DNA of 64,000 nt from Eledone cirrhosa (Eukaryota): contig OZ024740.1 of assembly GCA_964016885.1 (NCBI GenBank), forward strand, positions 166,408,001-166,472,000, given 5' to 3'. Every line of letters begins with the position of its first letter. Within the stretch, counting starts at the first letter, position 1. The notes below the pieces were generated by a model. That model made no database searches. It worked only from the letters and a program-made list of their open reading frames with translations, and was not told the origin of the DNA. Of the stretch, positions 57,301 to 64,000 are shown in pieces. A program made the position numbers and the translations under genes.

Positions 57301-58999
57301 ATTAAAAAAAGATGAATGTCCTTTGTTTTAAATTATTGGCCACGAATCCGGCTATATATGCCACTGAATATTGTACTAGAGACAGGAGCGATACGCCATA
57401 TAAGGATTCATAATTGTAGAGATGTAAATACCTAATGATGATTTGTTTCATTTACAAATGGATATTCTTCTTATTGGGTTTGCGAAATTTCTCAGTGATA
57501 TAGTGACGTACTTCGGAGGAAAGGGGTTGGTTCTACACCCAGTCACCTAACTAGTCAGTGGTACGTTACATAGATTCTGGCTCATTTAATAAGTCAAGTT
57601 CCCTTCATATCACACCATAACATCTTAAAATAGGAAGGACGCATTCGACATATAGACTTAGCTAACTAAAAATACGGTACAAGTAGGGTTAAATCACTTT
57701 TGTCCATGTGTGTTTGCTCAATCAGGCCATATACGGTGCAAAACAACAACTCCATTTTCCGATTAATCTATCTGTATATATATACTCATTAGTAAAATGT
57801 AGACACAAACATAAACATCAACATATGTATAAATAAGTGAAATTTGTAAACATCATCAAATTTTCCTCAACATACGAAAACGAAACTATCCTATACATCA
57901 TGGAATTGAAAAGTATTAATGTTTGCTAATTATTTTAGCGCAACATATATTCTTAATGTTTTTTCTAAATATACGTGGTCTATTGATTTAAATGATTCTT
58001 TATCTTCTAAAATTAAGGTGTAAGAATCATCTGAATAGTTTGAATATTAAACAAAATATTCTGCAGTGTCTATTTACTCAGCTATTTAATTCTAATATGA
58101 TTGATAAATGTATTCGTACACAACCTTATATGAAACGTGCAAGTAAATATGGGAAGTTTGCCAATGAAATTCGTCAATAATAATTATGATTTGTAATATT
58201 GGCAAAACCCCATAAGTTTTGAGTCTCTTAAAATTGGCATATATCTATATCTCGGCCATGGACGGATAAAACGGAAAGTCAAGTGTGGTGTGATTTCAAA
58301 CTGGAAAATAAAATGATGTGACCAAACAGGACAACAAAAATATTTTCCACGTTGCTCTCCTTATTCTACCACCCGATCGGAAAGAAAGGATCAAATCATA
58401 AAATCAACGAGGATGTCTCTAGACTGTAACTCGAACTGTTAAAAATAGTCAAATCTTCCCCAAGTTATATCACAGCATAATGTTTTAAAAAATAAGACTG
58501 ATAAAGATTTACAAAGGGAAGGGCTAGTTAAAGCGGGAATATTTTGTTATCAAGAATCAGTATAATCTGGGCGGACATGGTCCTAATCATCAACATCACC
58601 AGCAATAATAATTTTGACTCAAGCCCACGCAAGTTTGGGAAAATAGTCGATTAAATCGACACATGTGTTCGACTTTCTAAATTGATCGATCTTTAGGAGG
58701 AGGAAAGGCATTTCAACTGAAAGGCCTTCATACCGATTCTTTCATTATTTCATCAAATACAAATACAGGAGTTTTAGTTGATCGAAACACGGTCGTATTT
58801 GACAAAAAACATTAAACTAATATTAGTAATTGAATTAATATTGACTTTTCATCGGTCCGTAAATATCTTAATTAGATTTTTGATGCTCATTACCATAAAT
58901 TCGCATTAAATTTAAACTGCTCCTGCTCTATCTTGATCATATTCCCTCATTCAGAAATCTGATCATTCGTGTTATATAATTAATATTTATAACGATTTA

Positions 59000-60070
59000 T
59001 TTTAGGCGCAAGCAATTTGGGGATGAGAAAGTCAAATATATCAACCTAAGTACTTGATCGGTACTTTGTTATATCGCCTCAAGTAAGGAAAGTAAGGATG
59101 AAAGTCAAATTTAAGCTTGCTGTGATTTGAACTCAGAACGAAAATAATCATATCATATACCACAACATGTTTGTCCGATGCTCTAACGATTCTGCTAATT
59201 CATCGTCCTCATATAATAATTGCTTATACTTTTGGCACAGACCAGAAATTACCCAGTGCATTACTGGTGCTTTATTTTATCGACCCCGTAAGGATGTAAG
59301 GCAAAGTTAACCTCGTCGGGATTTGAACTCAGACAGTAAAGGGTTGTATATATGCTGCAAATCATGGCGCCCGATCCTCTACCGATACTGTATATCATAT
59401 TTTTTTCTGATTTAGGCACAAAGCCAACAATTTTGATGAGGCAGTCGATAAATCTGACCCCGGTGCGTTAGTGGTACTCTATTTTATCGACCACGCAAGG
59501 ATAGAAGTCAAAACTAACCCCCGCAGGATTTGAACTCAGGACCTAAAGGATCCTGACTCTATGCCACAAATCATGTTCACCAAGGATCTACCGATGCCAA
59601 CAATCCATTTATAATAATGGTTTCTTATTTAGGCACAAATCCAACAATTTTTGAGGAGCAAAATGTCGATTAAATCGGACCCAGTGCATTATTGATACTT
59701 TATTTTTTCGACCACGTAAGGATGAATGGCAAGGCCAACCGCTGCGGGATTTGAACTCGGAACGTAAAGGGTCATAACTATGCCGCAAAGTATATTGTCC
59801 AACGCTCTACCGATACTTCCAAATAATTATAATAATACTAATACTAATACCAATATTACTACTACTACTAATACAATTATAATGATAATAATTGTTTCTA
59901 CTTTAGGCACGTGGCCAGCAATAACCCAGTACATTACTGGTACTTTATTTTATCGGCCCCGTCAGGATGAAAGGCAAAGTTAACCTCAGAGGAATTTGAA
60001 CTCAGACCGTAAAGGGTCGTAACTATGCTAGAAAGCATGGCGTCCAACCTTCTACCGATACTGCCAATTC
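59000..60070 (-). mobile_element. Five head-to-tail family-1 SINEs
   Basis: GATTTGAACTC B-box complement recurs near 59125, 59320, 59527, 59748 and 59993, each with the SINE body. Confidence 0.85.
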
Positions 60071-60502
60071 ACTATAATGATAATGATTAGAATAATTAGA
60101 ATAACAGATGTATGAAAAAATAACATCTTAAATATAAGAACACGTACACCGATAACAATAAGAATGGCAATTAAGCATTACTAACATTACAGCAGTTACG
60201 CTGGACGTCTAATTCTGTGAGAGATCTAAAGCAAGTGTCGGTATGTGATTGCAAGTAAAGTCTCTCAGTATATTCTGAACTTAAATGACCCGGGGGAAAT
60301 CTGGACATAACACAGTGTATGTGACATGTAAGAAAAATGTAACATGGCTTGACTTTTCTGTGGTGTATTGTCATGAAAAAAAAACATTATTAAAACATCT
60401 GGTAGGTTTCTATTAACCACGACATACATACACACATGATTAACATTCACATAGATTCTCAAAAAGAAACATGCTTATATTCTCATATATATATATATAT
60501 AT

Positions 60503-60697
60503 AGGAAAAGGTATGACCCCGACGGCAGAGCTCAAGCCGTTTCGACTGCTATTTCTGGAGGTCCAGAAATAGCCGTCGAAACAGCTTGAGCTCTGCCGTC
60601 GAGGTCATATCTTTTCTTATTACCCACTCTACTACCCTGAGTATTGAGTACTCTGGTACGTTATGGTCCATCTGGTTCCCTACCACAATTCCTTCTT
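60503..60697. mobile_element. Fold-back mini-element (family B), second copy
   Basis: Hairpin 60503-60618 homologous to 23109-23225, with tail to 60697; (TA)n on both sides. Confidence 0.8.
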
Positions 60698-60768
60698 TAT
60701 ATATATATATATATATATATGAGAATATAAGCATGTTTCTTTTTGAGAATCTATGTGAATGTTATGCA

Positions 60769-60838
<70 letters not shown>

Positions 60839-60952
60839 TATATACATATATATATACATATATATATACATCTATATATACTTATACATATACATATATA
60901 TACATAAGTATCTGTATATATATACATATATACTTACAAACAGCCGCGCACC

Positions 60953-60988
<36 letters not shown>

Positions 60989-62466
60989 GATATTAAACAA
61001 ATGGAAACAATATTTATAAAACCATATTTATTTCATTATACATATTTCAGGGATACCGTATTAAAAATATGGCATGCCTTCGTCAGATAAAATACAATAT
61101 ATAAACAGTTTTATAAATAATTTTGACGTACCATAAATATAAGCGACCATTAAGATAGGAGCCTGGCTTGGTAGTGAAGTGTTTATAATTATTTAGTTAA
61201 AGTGTTAAGCACAGTTAGAAAAAAACGGAGAGAAAGAAGAAATGGATGTAAATAAAAACAGTGAGAAATAGGAGAGAGAGAAAGAGAGAGGGAGTATTAT
61301 ATATAGAGAGAGTACAGTAATTACTTAGTTATAGTGTTAAGCACAGTAAGAGAGAAGACAGAGAGAAAGAAAAAAATACAATTTCAAATACACCCATACA
61401 TCAATACACATATGTTCGTATACATGCATGCACGCACACACACACATAAATTCTGATGTATACATGTGCAAACCTCACAAAATCGTAGGCACCCATAACC
61501 ACACACATATACGTGGTCGTATATTTGAGTATATGTGTGTATACCTATCTACAAATGTTTATAGCTATAAATGTATTTGCCGTTCTATACGTAGCTAAAT
61601 TTAAGATGAGGGTTTAGTGGATATGTTACACCAAAATATATTTCAAATCTTCTATTCCCGCAGTATCACATCTACAGTATCCAAAGAAAACAATGAAACA
61701 ATCAACATCAACAATATACCTCTCAATTTCATATATGCCACTTCAATCGTGCATCTAATGTTGTGCGTTTTTCTCTTATATGTGTATAGATTTGTTGTAG
61801 TTAATAAACCTTGTCAACCCTGATCATGGAGACAGATAAGAAACACCATTCAAGCCATGATCAGCCCATCTATGTATTGGCCTTTAGGACTACGTCATTT
61901 GAAACTTTCTTTCTTTGGTAGGCTGTGATTTGTTGAAGATTTAGTGGCTATTTCTAAGAGATAGAGTTACCGTGGATTGGCCCCATCTTTTATAAGGTTT
62001 TTTCATTTGCTTGTAACGCTGAGATCATTTGTGACAGTTGAAAATGTTATGAAGGAAATCCTGAGGTCATATACAAGGAAATATTAAATTCTCTTTCACC
62101 TGAGAAGAAAGAATTGATTAATAGAGTTAGGATGGTCAAAGCTGTAATGTCTGTTTCATAAAAGCTCACCGAAAAAGCAACCAGAAAAAATTGATCTTCT
62201 GCCTTCTTTACTTTAATATATTAGCTACGTTAGAGAAGTTATGGATTGTCAGAGCAGTTAGACCACCGGGAAATTTTCTTTATATATTTGTATCTAGTAA
62301 CATAAATTTAAATTCTATTTCAAAACCTGTCGATTTCACATTCGGCTTTTAATCTTCTAAGTTAAATTAAGTATATCATTTTCGTCATATGTAATCCATC
62401 GCTGGTCGATGATGACTGCCTAAATGAAATGTCACGTACAATTGGATTTCATTATAAAGTAGAAAC

Positions 62467-62650
62467 GGGCGGTGGATTGGCAGTATCGGTAGAGGGTCGG
62501 ACGCCATGCTTTGCAGCATAGTTACGTCCCTTTACGGACTAAGTTCAAATCCCGCCGAGGTTGACTTTGTCTTTCATCCTGACGGGGTCGATAAAATAAA
62601 GTACCAGTAATGGACTGGGTAATTGCTGGCCTTGTGCCTTAAGTAGAAAC
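62467..62650 (+). mobile_element. tRNA-derived SINE, family 1, full length
   Basis: TGGCAGTATCGG A box, GTTCAAATCCC B box; flanked by a repeated ATTATAAAGTAGAAAC (62451-62466 and 62652-62667), consistent with a target-site duplication. Confidence 0.92.
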
Positions 62651-64000
62651 AATTATAAAGTAGAAACAATTATTTCAATGAATCTTGTCCTTAGCTAATT
62701 TTTGTCCATATCCCGGAAATCAATATATTGACTACACCAGGGGTCTGTAATTGTAGATTTATTGCCACCCACGGACAAATGGGAATATAATAATGTATAT
62801 AATTATAACACTTTTGATTTCAGGTCGCATCTCGATAGACTTAGTTACAGAAAGTGAGAGGGAGAGAGAGTGTGTGGGAGAGGGAGACTGCGAACATGGT
62901 AGAGATAGTGGTAGTAGTCCCGGATCGGTCCCAATCTAACTTTACTTTCAAACGTTTATTCTTGTATTTTGTATTCTTCGTTAGTCAAACATTTAGTGTG
63001 TGATTTGAGGAACATATGGTAGCTTCTTCTAACAGGCGAAGCTATTGAGGATCCTTTGTTATGTGTAATGTAACATGTTGTTGTATAGCGACTGTATCGT
63101 CTATGGTACATTTGTTTGATGACCTGATACTCCTTTTCCACAGCCGTCTAGCTTTCCAGCATGGTATATATGCATTCCCTTCATATTTCAAGAGTTCTTA
63201 TATCAATATCAAAGTGTATTACTACATGAAAAAGAACTATACGAGAACAATACGATATTATTAACATAAGAATATTTGCTTTCATACACATACATTCACA
63301 TAAGTCAGATCAACCACCCACGAATATAAAAAAATAATATATTTGATTAGACCTGAATTAGATAAATGTGTTGGTACTTTGGGAAAGCGAAAACAGATAC
63401 GGTACGCCCTTTGGGTGGGATATTGCCTTTCCGCCTTTATGTCTATATAATAATTGATTATCTTCATAGTAGTATGGATAAAAGAAAGAAAAACACGAAG
63501 AGATGAAAGCATATATATGCAGATAAATTACGTATATGAAACATGTATTGCAGACTCAACAATTTGGTACTTTTTATGTCTGTGTAATTCTTTAACCGAT
63601 TTCTTTTTCAAGAAGAAGGGGCTATAAACATCACCATTGCAGGTTTTTTGAGACTCATTCGTGAATAATGCATCTCTTAAATGTCGAGTGCATCAAGAGA
63701 AACTCTGGACATGGCATGGACGAATGTTTTAGAAGTTCTCCTCGCAATCATAATGGGCTGGTTCCACCTATTACGTGGTCTCTGTAGCAAGTAACAATTA
63801 CCGTAACATACGATTGAGCTGAACTTTGTATGTGTAATTACAAAGACAGTTAAAACCTTCCAGTTTTTCTCACACTGTGTCAGATTGAATCTCCTAGGAA
63901 ATTACGTTATGGATATACGTGTCTGTGTAAATCAAACAAAGTCTATCGTTCGGATGTTGTGTAGGAAGAGTGGGTATTAGACCAGCATAGTACCGAATAT

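Noticed and set aside
62950-63200. Possible LINE RT remnant on the minus strand
   Set aside because: Only faint resemblance (GKL..GVSG..IQSLY); too degenerate to call.

Overview
AT-rich, microsatellite-dense eukaryotic DNA with no recognisable host protein-coding exon. The tRNA-derived SINE family and repeat landscape resemble octopus/cephalopod genomes (inference). Contents: two tandem Tx1/L1-type LINEs ending in (TATC)n, about a dozen SINEs, hAT and mariner transposase relics, a composite non-autonomous Helitron, LINE fragments, and many Penelope-like elements (PLEs) sitting in (TA)n. The main structure is a 9.4-kb fold-back insertion (43447-52895). It has two 3,076-bp inverted arms around an uninterrupted PLE RT + GIY-YIG reading frame, and each arm carries a type I hammerhead ribozyme with a ~116-nt stem II. 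By-eye scanning of both strands found at least 12 further hammerhead or hammerhead-like motifs. Several lie in head-to-head palindromes and several have non-canonical cores (U3-A8 swap, U4->A, an 8-nt CAGAAAUA core). Most ORFs in the supplied track are microsatellite artefacts. Coordinates were read by eye and element boundaries may be off by a few to tens of bases.
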